Source: Oleispira sp. (GTDB lineage Bacteria; Pseudomonadota; Gammaproteobacteria; Pseudomonadales; Oceanobacteraceae). From it: a stretch of DNA of 64,000 nt. Both the position numbers and the translations under genes were made by a program. This document shows, one piece after another, positions 20,352 through 29,979 of the stretch. Below the pieces are notes generated by a model. That model searched no databases and was not told the origin of the DNA. It was given only the letters and a program-made list of their open reading frames with translations. Positions within the stretch are counted from its first letter, which is position 1; each line of letters begins with the position of its first letter. The DNA is taken from NCBI GenBank assembly GCA_016765295.1, contig JAESQF010000095.1, positions 872 through 64,871 of the forward strand. The letters are read 5' to 3'.

Positions 20352-20401
20352 ATCATTTATCCTTTGTCACAATTTATGGGTTGTTAATTTGTCAGGACTA
20401 G

Positions 20402-20513
20402 AGTCTATGGGGTTAATTAATTCAATGAATTAACTTAGGTTTATTCGCTGAAAATATTTATTACACCAGACTAAACCTAGGTTTATTACAAGACTAAGGT
20501 GTTCGGTTATAGT
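20402..20513. promoter_or_regulatory. Back-to-back class II Crp/Fnr-type promoters with 14-bp palindromic operators
   Basis: TTAACTTAGGTTTA (20430-20443) and the perfect palindrome TAAACCTAGGTTTA (20472-20485). The -10 hexamers TAGACT (minus strand, 20402-20407) and TATAGT (plus strand, 20508-20513) each start 29.5 bp from their operator centre. Confidence 0.65.
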
Positions 20514-20544
20514 GAGCAGCATAGAGTATTAATGGAAGATTGAA

Positions 20545-21369
20545 ATGACCAACAAATTATCGATTGAACACATGGCGAAGGCGTATTTAGCGGATCTAGA
20601 AATAACAGCTTCAGGCGATGTTGAATTTCTACGTGAATTGCAAAGCAAGCACATTGCTCGTTATAGCTTTAATAGTCTGGCTGCTGTCTTGGGTCAAGAT
20701 ATCTCGTTAGAAGTAGAGGCTATCTTTTCAAAAATAGTCGAGAAGCAGCGTGGTGGTTATTGCTTTGAACATAATAAACTCGTGCTTAGTGTGCTAGAGG
20801 AACTTGGCTTTGACGTAAGGCTGTTAATGGCTAAGGTGATTTATAATCGAGATGTCGATGTCGCAAGAACCCATCGTATAACGTTACTCAATTTAAACGG
20901 AGACGATTATATTGTTGATGCAGGCTTTGGCCATTTTGGTGCTCGCTTTCCAGTTAAATTAGAGCTTGGTTTAGAGCAGAATCAAGGCGATGCTGTTTAT
21001 CGCATAATTCAGAATTCATACAATGATTATTGCTATCAAGTATTTAAAGATGATGCTTTCTTTACTCTATATACATTTAATTTATATCAGTACAGTGAAG
21101 CTGAATGCTTACCCGCACATTTTTATTCTCATAAGAGCCCTGATGCGGCTTTCGTAAATAATATGGTCGTTTGTCGAAAGTTTTACAATGATATTTTGTC
21201 TTTGCGAAATAGTGAGTTATTTCGTATTCGTGATGGTGAAACGATCACTACGGTTATAACCAGTGCTAAGCACTTGCACCAAGTATTAACCGAAACTTTT
21301 GAGTTGGATTTTGATTCTGCTATCGCAGATTTTTTATTCTCAAAGTTTATTTCAAAAGATTTAATCTAG
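20545..21369 (+). CDS. Arylamine N-acetyltransferase family protein
   Basis: RGGYCFEHN (Cys), RTHR (His) and VDAGFG (Asp) triad. Confidence 0.92.
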   Translation: MTNKLSIEHMAKAYLADLEITASGDVEFLRELQSKHIARYSFNSLAAVLGQDISLEVEAIFSKIVEKQRGGYCFEHNKLVLSVLEELGFDVRLLMAKVIYNRDVDVARTHRITLLNLNGDDYIVDAGFGHFGARFPVKLELGLEQNQGDAVYRIIQNSYNDYCYQVFKDDAFFTLYTFNLYQYSEAECLPAHFYSHKSPDAAFVNNMVVCRKFYNDILSLRNSELFRIRDGETITTVITSAKHLHQVLTETFELDFDSAIADFLFSKFISKDLI

Positions 21370-21379
21370 GCGTAGTCAT

Positions 21380-22264
21380 ATGAAATGGTTGCTATCCAAT
21401 AATGTGTTGCTACTGCTCTGGGTTAGTCTAATGGCTTCCTCATTTGTGGTATCAGCCGACTTGGTTCCTTACGCCAACTCGATTACGAGTACGGGCTTAC
21501 GCTTTATTTTGGCCAGTATAATGATGATTCCACTTGTCGCCATGAATTACAGGCCTATGGCTAGTCTAAAGGTCTACCTTCATTACGGTTTGATCAGCTT
21601 ATTCTTAGTGCTATTTTTCGTTGGTTTATTTGAAGCATTGAAAACGACAACGGCTATGCGAACGTCGGTGATTTATACTTTAGTTCCGCTGATCAGTATT
21701 GTATTTACCTTTGTCTTATTGAAAGCTAAAACATCAAGAACAAAATTGTTGGGGTTTATTTTAGGAAGTATCGGAGCTATTTTAGTTTTATTGGCTTTTA
21801 ATCAGGATAATGTTGATTTTTTCAGCTGGAATAGCGGTGATAGTATCTTTATTGTGGCCTGCTTTTGTTTGTCTATACACGTAGTATTGGTCAAGAAATG
21901 GGGAGCTGATGTGCCCCCAATACAAGGCTCTTTCTATATCATGGTATTAGGTGGTTTGATGTTATTGCCCTTTATGGCGATATTTGGAGAGCTTGATCAA
22001 GTTGCTTGGAAGGTCAGCGAATTCTGGCAAATACTGCTTTATTTGACCGTGTTCACCACGATGGCCACTTTCTTTTTACAGCAGCGTTTGGTACAGAAGG
22101 TTGGACCAAATCAGCTACTGGCTTTTACCTATTTAATTCCTATTTTAGTGGTTATTCCTCAAGGTTGGTCTGCCATTAGTCATCTAAAAGATAGTGTGTC
22201 TGGCATATTATTAACGCTTCTGGCATTGTATCTGATCTCTAAAGATCAGAAAGCTATTACGTGA
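21380..22264 (+). CDS. DMT/EamA-family transporter
   Basis: About 10 TM helices in two EamA repeats (LRF, P..S, GD, TYLIP). Confidence 0.88.
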   Translation: MKWLLSNNVLLLLWVSLMASSFVVSADLVPYANSITSTGLRFILASIMMIPLVAMNYRPMASLKVYLHYGLISLFLVLFFVGLFEALKTTTAMRTSVIYTLVPLISIVFTFVLLKAKTSRTKLLGFILGSIGAILVLLAFNQDNVDFFSWNSGDSIFIVACFCLSIHVVLVKKWGADVPPIQGSFYIMVLGGLMLLPFMAIFGELDQVAWKVSEFWQILLYLTVFTTMATFFLQQRLVQKVGPNQLLAFTYLIPILVVIPQGWSAISHLKDSVSGILLTLLALYLISKDQKAIT

Positions 22265-22851
22265 ATATACAGAACCAATTACAAGACTTTGTCGCTTATT
22301 TTAGTGGTAATAATTCCAGTATTGAGGCAGAGGATTTTGCTAAGTTTGGCTTGAAAGGCGAATTGAAGCATTATAAAACTGGTCAGTTTATGATTGAGCA
22401 AGGTCAGTTAGCTCCCAAACTCTATTTTTTATTGAAAGGCTATGTGCGATATTTAAGTCTATCGGAAGACGGCAAAGAATTTACCCAATCCTTTGCTAGT
22501 TCCCCAGGCATCGCGGGTTCTACTCGAGCTATGAGTCGACAAACTAAATCGCTGTTTAGCATTGAAGTATTGGATGATGTGTTATGTTTAGAATTTGATT
22601 GGTTAATTTTATTTGATGTAATGAAAGATAAACCTGGATTTTTAATGGCTTATAATTCGTTACTTGAGAATCTATTTATTAAAAAAGAAGAAAGAGAATA
22701 TGCTTTTGTTCAGCAGTCGGCGGAGCAACGATATTTGAAATTCTTAGAAGAAAATTGCCAGCTGCGTGATAAATTACCGTTAAAAATGATCGCGTCACAT
22801 ATAGGCATTACACCGATAGCACTGAGTCGAATCCGCAAGAAACTAAAATAG
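22261..22851 (+). CDS. Crp/Fnr-family transcriptional regulator
   Basis: cNMP-binding-like N-terminus (LYFLLKGYVR..DGKE) and HTH SAEQRY..F...IASHIGITPIALSRIRK. Confidence 0.9.
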   Translation: MNIQNQLQDFVAYFSGNNSSIEAEDFAKFGLKGELKHYKTGQFMIEQGQLAPKLYFLLKGYVRYLSLSEDGKEFTQSFASSPGIAGSTRAMSRQTKSLFSIEVLDDVLCLEFDWLILFDVMKDKPGFLMAYNSLLENLFIKKEEREYAFVQQSAEQRYLKFLEENCQLRDKLPLKMIASHIGITPIALSRIRKKLK

Positions 22852-22924
22852 CTCTGCGGTATTGATTTCTACTATGATCGGCTTAGGTTATATTAGCTAT
22901 TAAATATTTTGAACTCGCCTAACT

Positions 22925-23545
22925 ATGTCTACCCAGAAAATCTTAATTCTGTTCGCGCATCCTTCGCAATCCCGCAGTGATATTAATTTACCCTTATTCC
23001 AAGCCAGTCGTGATGATATTAATAGTGTCACTTGTGTGGACTTGTATGAAGAATACCCTAACTTTCGTATTGATATAGATAGAGAGCAAAAGAGATTGTT
23101 GGCTCATGATGTCATCATCTTTATGTTTCCTATGTATTGGTATTCGACGCCTGCCCTGTTAAAAGAATGGCAAGATTTGGTATTAGAGCATGGCTTTGCT
23201 TATGGCCATGAAGGGGAGGCGTTAAAAGGTAAGAAATTTTTATGTGCCATTAGTACGGGCGGACCAAAGCAGGCCTATCAGTGTGATGGTTCTAATCACT
23301 ATACGATGCAGGAGTTATTACAGCCCCTAGAGCAAACTGCTCAATTATGTGGCATGGAATATTTACCCCCATTTGTATTATTTGGTGCGCGCACTGCGGT
23401 GGAAGAAAGTCGTTTGACTGCACATATTGAACTTTGGCAAGCGGTATTAAGACAATTAAGCAATGGCGAGCTGACAGCGAAGCAGTTTTCAAAAGATGAT
23501 TTGTTATCTCATTGCGAACATAAATCAGCTACAGGAGGTAAATAG
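22925..23545 (+). CDS. KefF/KefG-like NAD(P)H oxidoreductase (flavodoxin-like fold)
   Basis: FAHP, DLYEEYP, FPMYWYSTPALLKEWQD.VL..GFAYG; directly upstream of a Kef antiporter. Confidence 0.9.
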   Translation: MSTQKILILFAHPSQSRSDINLPLFQASRDDINSVTCVDLYEEYPNFRIDIDREQKRLLAHDVIIFMFPMYWYSTPALLKEWQDLVLEHGFAYGHEGEALKGKKFLCAISTGGPKQAYQCDGSNHYTMQELLQPLEQTAQLCGMEYLPPFVLFGARTAVEESRLTAHIELWQAVLRQLSNGELTAKQFSKDDLLSHCEHKSATGGK

Positions 23546-23547
23546 CA

Positions 23548-25452
23548 ATGACGGGTTATTTTTTACAAGCCTTTATCTATTTGGCAGCAGCGGTGGTGAT
23601 GGTACCTTTGGCTAAACGCCTTGGCTTAGGTTCTGTGCTGGGTTATTTGATCGCCGGAGTATTGATTGGGCCAGTATTTGGCTTGGTTGGCAGTGAGACG
23701 ACGACCATTCAGCATTTTGCTGAGTTTGGTGTGGTGATGATGCTGTTCCTGGTGGGCATGGAGCTAGAGCCAAAGGCACTCTGGGATATGCGTAATCGTT
23801 TAATCGGCTTGGGTGGCTTACAAGTTGGTTTAACGACGTTGGCGATTGCCGGCCTCGCTTTGGCGATTGGTGAGGATTTTGGTATAGCGTTAACCATCGG
23901 CTTAATTTTTGCTCTTTCATCTACGGCGATTGTGCTGCAGACCTTTAGCGAGAAGTCGTTAAATAAAACTGACGGTGCGCGCAATGCTTTCAGTGTCTTG
24001 CTGTTTCAAGATATTGCCGTGATTCCTATGTTGGCCTTTATTCCTATGCTGGCGATTCCTGAATTGGTTGAACAAAGTAGGGCATTAGCAGACAGTGCGC
24101 AGCATCATGAAAGTTATTCTTTGGTCGCTCATTTACCGGGTTGGGCTTATGGCCTAGTCGTGATCGCGGCGATCGCTTTTGTCATTGTCGGTGGACACTT
24201 TTTATCACGGCCGCTGTTTCGTTATATTGCCGCTTCGGGTTTGCGCGAGATGTTCACCACCACGGCACTGTTGTTAGTAATCGGTATTGCCGCCTTGATG
24301 AGCCTAGTGGGTTTAAGCCCTGCACTCGGTACGTTTTTAGCCGGTGTGGTATTAGCGAATAGTGAATTTAGACATGAATTAGAAAGTAATATTGAGCCGT
24401 TTAAGGGATTATTACTGGGATTATTTTTTATAACGGTAGGGGCGGGAATTAATTTCGCCATCTTATCGGATAATGCGCTATTAGTTGCGGCCATCACTTT
24501 GGGCTTGATGTCATTTAAAGCACTGGTGCTGTATGTATTAGCTCGGGTATTTAATATCTCAGGCAGTGACCGCTGGTTATTTGCCTTGAGCTTAGCGCAA
24601 GCAGGTGAGTTTGGTTTTGTATTATTAAGCTTTGCTCATCAGCAACATGTGCTGCCGACTGAGTTGGTTCAGCTGTTATCCTTGCCGGTCGCGCTTTCTA
24701 TGTTTTTAACCCCTGGTTTATTTATTCTTTTTGAAAAGGTGATTCTGCCGCGCTTTGCGGGAACAGAAAATGAGCAGCCAGCAGATGAGATTGATGAGCA
24801 GGGCAGTGTGATTATTGCCGGATCGGGTCGCTTTGGTCAGATCGTTAATCGCTTATTGGTCTCTAACGATATAACGACAACGGTACTGGATTATCAGGCT
24901 TCACGTATTGAATAAACGCGCAATATTAATGTTAAGAGTTATTTTGGTGACGCGACTCAGCCTGATTTATTACATACCGCCGGCATTGCAGACGCGAAGC
25001 TATTGGTTATTGCGATTGATCAACCAGAGCGCGCTCTAGACTTAGTTCGTCATGTAAAAATGACGTACCCTCAGGTAAAAATATTGGCCCGTGCTTTTGA
25101 TCGCGGCCAAAGCTATGAATTAGAAAATGCGGGTGCTGATTATGTGATTTCGGAGACCTTTCACTCTGCTCTCGAGATGGGCAAGCAAGCATTAGTCGAT
25201 ATGGGCATGCATAGTTTTCAAGCGTATCAGCAAAGCCACGTTTTTCTTGAAACTGAGGCTAAGCATAAAGATGAATTATACCAAGCTTGGTTGAAGGCCA
25301 AAGAAGACGAAGGTCATATTAGCCATGTGCGGGAACTGTTTATGAATCTTGAATCTGCGTTAAAAGAAGAGATGGATAAAGATCGTTCTGATACCCATGC
25401 GAAGGGTGAGCGCGGTTGGACGCCTAGACCGAAGAACTATTCACAAGATTAA
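23548..25452 (+). pseudogene. KefB/KefC-like CPA2 K+ efflux antiporter interrupted by an in-frame TAA (24913-24915)
   Basis: The same frame reads ...DYQASRIE*TRNINVKSYFGDATQPDLLHTAGIADAKLLVIAID... and joins ORF 25003-25452. The stop lies inside the KTN domain. Confidence 0.88.
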
Positions 25453-26353
25453 ACTTGTCATTATAGAAATCTAAAAAGGCGCGCACTTTTGCTGGCATTT
25501 GCTTTCGACTGGCATACATAGCGAATGCTTGCTCTACCGCGAGTCCTTTTATATCAATATGATACTCCGGCATTATTTGTAGGAGTGACTGCTGATTCAA
25601 ATCTTGTTGCAGTAAAAGATCGGGTAGGGCAATCAATCCAACGCCTTGCTTGGCTGCGCTAATCATCCCCGCGACTGAATTCATAGTGAGTGAACCTTGC
25701 ATGGGAATTTCTTGCTGTTCACTCTGCAGATCACCTAGTTTGTTAAAGAGCAATTTATTGAATTTATCGTAAGTGATGAAGCTATGGTTATTTAGGTCGG
25801 CTAATGTTTTTGGGTAACCATATTGTGCAAAATACCCTGCACTCGCACATAATTGAATGCTTACATTACTGAATGGAATAGCGATGTAGGAGCTGTCATT
25901 TGCTCGTCCTACGCGAATGACGAGATCTAATCTCTCTTCCACCATATCTTGAATATGATCATTGCATTGTATGTCTAATTTAATCTCGGGATACAGACTA
26001 AGAAACTCCCCAAGGTGAGGTGCTATTTTGGCTTCGGTCCAAGTATGTGGTGCGCTAACTCTTAATAAGCCTGAAGGTGAATCTTTAAAGCCGCTAATGG
26101 CTTGATTAGCTTCGGTTACTGCTCGTTGAATGAGTCGAGACTTTTCGTAATAGACTTGTCCGGCTTCTGTTAGGCTCAGGCTACGCGTCGTTCGCTGTAA
26201 TAGGCGTACACCTAATTGTGCTTCTAAGGCATTGATCTGGCGCGAAACGGATGGCTGAGATAGGCTCAAGCGGCGAGCACTTTCTGAAAAGCTACCGCTA
26301 TCGACAACGCTGATGAAAGTCTGCATTGAGGCGAGTAGGTGTCCGTCTTCCAT
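25424..26353 (-). CDS. LysR-family regulator (CrgA-like)
   Basis: GSFSESARRLSLSQPSVSRQINALEAQLGVRLLQRTTR; PAKVRAFLDF. Confidence 0.93.
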   Translation of the reverse strand: MEDGHLLASMQTFISVVDSGSFSESARRLSLSQPSVSRQINALEAQLGVRLLQRTTRSLSLTEAGQVYYEKSRLIQRAVTEANQAISGFKDSPSGLLRVSAPHTWTEAKIAPHLGEFLSLYPEIKLDIQCNDHIQDMVEERLDLVIRVGRANDSSYIAIPFSNVSIQLCASAGYFAQYGYPKTLADLNNHSFITYDKFNKLLFNKLGDLQSEQQEIPMQGSLTMNSVAGMISAAKQGVGLIALPDLLLQQDLNQQSLLQIMPEYHIDIKGLAVEQAFAMYASRKQMPAKVRAFLDFYNDKFNLVNSSSV

Positions 26354-26377
26354 TTGATGTTTCCATTAATCTGTTTT

Positions 26378-26400
26378 ATTTATACGCTGTGCGTATAAAT
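26378..26400. promoter_or_regulatory. LysR-type operator inverted repeat
   Basis: Perfect inverted repeat ATTTATACGC-tgt-GCGTATAAAT between the divergent lysR and SDR genes. Confidence 0.65.
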
Positions 26401-26493
26401 ACTATGTGGTAATTGGTTATTATCAAAGGAAAAGTTTTAAATCATACTGATCCTAGATTTTAATTACTTACAAAAAAGAAAGAGGAATTCAAA

Positions 26494-27231
26494 ATGTCAT
26501 TTAATCTAGCTGGAAAAGTCGCTTTAGTAACTGGTGCTAACCGCGGTATCGGTGAAGGCTTTGTACAGACATTATTAAAAGGTGGCGCACGTAAGATTTA
26601 TGCTGCAGCTCGTGATATCAAAAGTTTAGAGGCGATTGTGGCTCTTAACCCTAGCGTAGTTCAAGCGGTGCAGTTAGATGTCACCCGAGCAGATCAAATA
26701 ATATCTCTGGCTGCACAAATCCCAGAGTTAGATATATTGGTTAATAATGCTGGAATTATTGATTCTGCTTTAAGCAGCGCACTTGATGCAACCGAGTTCG
26801 CTCGTAAAGAGATGGAGGTGAATTTATTTGGCCCTATGCAGCTGACGAGCTTGTTGATTGCTAAGTTGAAGCAATCGAAGGGAAGCGCGATTATTAATCT
26901 CTCTTCTATCGCTGCTATTAGTAATTTCCCTTCTATTGGCACTTATTCGATTAGTAAGGCAGCGATGCATTCTTATTCAGAAGGTCTGCGAGCTGATTTA
27001 GCCAATGATGGTGTAGCCGTAGTCTGTGTTTACCCTGGGCCTACCGACACTCGTATGGCAGCAGGTATGGAAATGGATAAACCCGCAGCCGTATCGGTTT
27101 CTCAAAAAGCATTTTTAGCCTTAAGCAATGATCAGTTTGAAGTATTTCCAGACGATTTTGCTAAGCAGATGTACGCTACTTTTCTAGAGCAGCCACAGAA
27201 GTTAGCGAAGGTTTTTTCTGATATGGGTTGA
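26494..27231 (+). CDS. Short-chain dehydrogenase/reductase
   Basis: TGANRGIG, NNAG, YSISK (YxxxK) and PGPTDT motifs. Confidence 0.93.
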   Translation: MSFNLAGKVALVTGANRGIGEGFVQTLLKGGARKIYAAARDIKSLEAIVALNPSVVQAVQLDVTRADQIISLAAQIPELDILVNNAGIIDSALSSALDATEFARKEMEVNLFGPMQLTSLLIAKLKQSKGSAIINLSSIAAISNFPSIGTYSISKAAMHSYSEGLRADLANDGVAVVCVYPGPTDTRMAAGMEMDKPAAVSVSQKAFLALSNDQFEVFPDDFAKQMYATFLEQPQKLAKVFSDMG

Positions 27232-27309
27232 TTGCGTGTAATGCACTCATTAATAATCATTAGAAGGTTCTAGATATTAAGTATTTACGGCAGACTTAGG
27301 TGATTAAAA

Positions 27310-27372
27310 TTGACAATGTAGTAATGAGAAATATACTAATGCGGTTATTTATTTGATGCATTAAATAAATAA
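27310..27372 (+). promoter_or_regulatory. sigma70-like promoter with a downstream 28-bp palindrome
   Basis: TTGACA-N16-TATACT (27310-27337), then TTATTTATTTGATGCATTAAATAAATAA (27345-27372). Confidence 0.55.
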
Positions 27373-27410
27373 TAGTAATTCATTAGTATTTATTAGACAG
27401 GGAATTTGTC

Positions 27411-28895
27411 GTGTACTATTTATCTTTTCTTCTCATTATGTCTGCTATTTTTATAAGTCCAAACTTGTATGCCATCAATTCAGAATTAGATCTAGAAGCT
27501 ACTCCACTACCAGTGACGGCACAATATTGTAAGTCTGTGCACGATGCCGGATTATCATTACTCGATAATTATAAGGATGAAAACTTTTCTAATGATTTAA
27601 TCGAGTACTCCAAGTCTTACCCAGTCGATAATGATTGCTATCGTTGGCAGCTGCTTATCTTAAATAAGTTACGTAAATTATCACTACAGCCAGTCGGTTA
27701 CCGGGATTATATGTTTGCGCGTATCCCCTCGATGGATGATGATTTTAAATCAGAATTTATGCTACACATATTTCGTTATAGCTTAGAGTTCAAACCTTTA
27801 TCAGAGAAAGAATGGGATACGGTTAAAGCTAGTTTGCAAGTATCGAGCGAGATTACGGTACTTTCAATTATGCTGGGCCTAGTGGCCTCTTCTAATGAGG
27901 GTGATGTCGAATTGCATAAACAGATAGCTGATTTATTTATGATGGCTAAAGCCAATAATCTGGCAGCACCAGAGCAAGTTGATTTAAGTCGAGCCGTGGA
28001 ACTGTTCTTAACAATATCTATTACACAAAGACCCGATCTATTTGCTAGCTATTATAATAAATATTTTTATCTCCTTGATGAAAGTGGAATGGACAATATT
28101 ACTACTGAAGCGATAGAGTTTTTTAATGACAATCAGAATGAGGTGGGGATTAAGTTTATTGAAATATTTATAGGTCATGCAAGTGCTGAAAATGGAATAG
28201 ATAAGAATCTGTTTTCTTTACTATATAAAATGCATAAAGAAAAAGAGTTTAGCGGTTTTTATCATCATGCTGTCACTGTTTTAGTGGAAAGTCATCCTGA
28301 TAATATTAGAGATATAATTATAAACGCAAATTTAAATCGGATGAAAAAAGATCTTCTTGTTATCGAGTACCAGTTAGATCGGCCTGGTGAATACTCAGTA
28401 GAAAAATATGCTCTTCAGTTATTTGATGCGAAAATACGTAAGCAACAAAAAGCCGCTGAGTATTTAGTGGCCTTTGGCACTAAGTCAAAATTAGTCAAGC
28501 AAGATGTCATTAATAAACTGATGAGTATTAAAATCTCCAAGGATAAAGTCTCTTCGACGAAGCTAATAATATCCTTATTGAAAGTGCTGGAGAATATCGA
28601 CGCTCAAGATCAACAGGCAATCAATGTTTTCTTATGGGCATTAGCAGATACTGATCCAACGATACAGCGTCAGGCAAGGTCTGGTCTTGAATCTATTGGG
28701 CCGGGGGCTATGTCTGAGTACAACAAAAATTTCAAAACTTATTCGGTGAGGTTGCAGGCTTTAGTGATTGAAATAATGGGCAATTTTGATAGTGGTAAAG
28801 TCACGGCAATAAAATTTTTAAGCCGAGTAACACCAAGAAACGATCAAATGAAATTTGCCATAGATGATGCAGTAGCAGAACTCAATGAATTTTAG
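27411..28895 (+). CDS. Hypothetical exported alpha-helical protein with C-terminal HEAT-like repeats
   Basis: N-terminal signal-like segment; repeats such as LWALADTDPTIQRQARSGLESIG and LFDAKIRKQQKAAEYLVAFG. Confidence 0.6.
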   Translation: MYYLSFLLIMSAIFISPNLYAINSELDLEATPLPVTAQYCKSVHDAGLSLLDNYKDENFSNDLIEYSKSYPVDNDCYRWQLLILNKLRKLSLQPVGYRDYMFARIPSMDDDFKSEFMLHIFRYSLEFKPLSEKEWDTVKASLQVSSEITVLSIMLGLVASSNEGDVELHKQIADLFMMAKANNLAAPEQVDLSRAVELFLTISITQRPDLFASYYNKYFYLLDESGMDNITTEAIEFFNDNQNEVGIKFIEIFIGHASAENGIDKNLFSLLYKMHKEKEFSGFYHHAVTVLVESHPDNIRDIIINANLNRMKKDLLVIEYQLDRPGEYSVEKYALQLFDAKIRKQQKAAEYLVAFGTKSKLVKQDVINKLMSIKISKDKVSSTKLIISLLKVLENIDAQDQQAINVFLWALADTDPTIQRQARSGLESIGPGAMSEYNKNFKTYSVRLQALVIEIMGNFDSGKVTAIKFLSRVTPRNDQMKFAIDDAVAELNEF

Positions 28896-28898
28896 CCA

Positions 28899-28938
28899 TT
28901 GGCTTGAGTCCTAGACTTTAGTCTAGGCCTCAAACCAA
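28899..28938. terminator. Hairpin between convergent genes (probable bidirectional terminator)
   Basis: TTGG-C-TTGAG-T-CCTAGACT-tt-AGTCTAGG-C-CTCAA-A-CCAA. Confidence 0.6.
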
Positions 28939-28947
28939 TAGTTTTTC

Positions 28948-29856
28948 TTATGCTTTACTCACTCTTTCTAATAGCTCAATAGACGCATCTACTTCTACTT
29001 TACGAATAGCGACACTTTCAATATTACAGCCAACAGGAATGCCTTTTTCATCAGCAAAGGCTTTCAGTTCACGATAGCTTTGCTCAGAGACATCAACTGA
29101 GCGCTGTAAAATATCGTTCGAGTGAATTAAATCATTTTCTAACCATTTTGGAATACTAATTCCTAGCCACTTCATAAACTGTAGGGTCTTAGCAGAGCCA
29201 CAGGGTGTTAGGGTGAATAGAATTGGCACTAAAGGGATATTGTTTTCTTTGCCGTAATAATAATAATCAGATAAGAAATTCTTCGATGCGTTCACATCAT
29301 AAACACCCTGAGATACAAAGAAGCTGCAGCCTTGAGCAATCTTTTCGAATACTCTTAGGTGCTCATCACCTTTTGATTGATGGCGCTCAGGAATCACAAC
29401 ACCCCCTAATAGTACGTCACTATTGGTTTGCGCTTTGATTTTATAGGCGTCGGCAATGGATAACGTTACCGATTGAGATTTTGACGCTGCACCAACAAAA
29501 ATTGATAAGTTTTCTTCAGGATTGGCTTCAGTCAAAAAATTAGACAGCTCTGATTCTGAGTATTTCCCGACTGCGCGATAGATTATCTTAGGGATTTTTA
29601 AGTCCGTTAGATGTTGCTGGCTATAGTCATAGCAGTCGAGGGTTTCCATAAAAGGAAAAGGGCGTTCTTCATCGGTACGAGATTTTTCATCTTGAATATC
29701 ATACAGCACAAGACCATCAACTTGTTGCGATTGTAGGCGCTCGACTTGGCGTGCTGATATTTCTACAATCTTCTCTTCGCTCGTGCCTTTCTTGGGCGGG
29801 GTAATGCCGTAGAGAACAATATTGCTCTCGCGGTTTTTAATTTTTTCAATAAGCAT
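28948..29856 (-). CDS. Methylenetetrahydrofolate reductase-like flavoprotein
   Basis: LYGITPPK, DGLVLYDIQDE..R...RPFPF, GGVVIPERH, GCSFFVSQ and FMKWLGI motifs; start taken at MLIEK. Confidence 0.8.
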   Translation of the reverse strand: MLIEKIKNRESNIVLYGITPPKKGTSEEKIVEISARQVERLQSQQVDGLVLYDIQDEKSRTDEERPFPFMETLDCYDYSQQHLTDLKIPKIIYRAVGKYSESELSNFLTEANPEENLSIFVGAASKSQSVTLSIADAYKIKAQTNSDVLLGGVVIPERHQSKGDEHLRVFEKIAQGCSFFVSQGVYDVNASKNFLSDYYYYGKENNIPLVPILFTLTPCGSAKTLQFMKWLGISIPKWLENDLIHSNDILQRSVDVSEQSYRELKAFADEKGIPVGCNIESVAIRKVEVDASIELLERVSKA

Positions 29857-29922
29857 AAAATCACTTGTATGGGTGCTGACTATTAATAAGCACAATATAC
29901 CATAGCCAGGTACTCTTCATGA

Positions 29923-29956
29923 TGAGCATTTTTCAATCAAAGCAGAGTACTATTCA
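29923..29956 (-). promoter_or_regulatory. Tandem MetR-like sites
   Basis: On the minus strand, TGAAAAATGCTCA and TGAATAGTACTCT lie 21 bp apart; compare the MetR consensus TGAA-N5-TTCA. Confidence 0.45.
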
Positions 29957-29979
29957 CATTGATCATCAGTCACGTTAAG

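Noticed and set aside
25003-25452. Independent 149-aa gene
   Set aside because: It is the in-frame C-terminal remainder of the Kef antiporter after the premature stop.
27245-27265. Fur box
   Set aside because: Only a partial match (TAATAATCATTA) in very AT-rich DNA.
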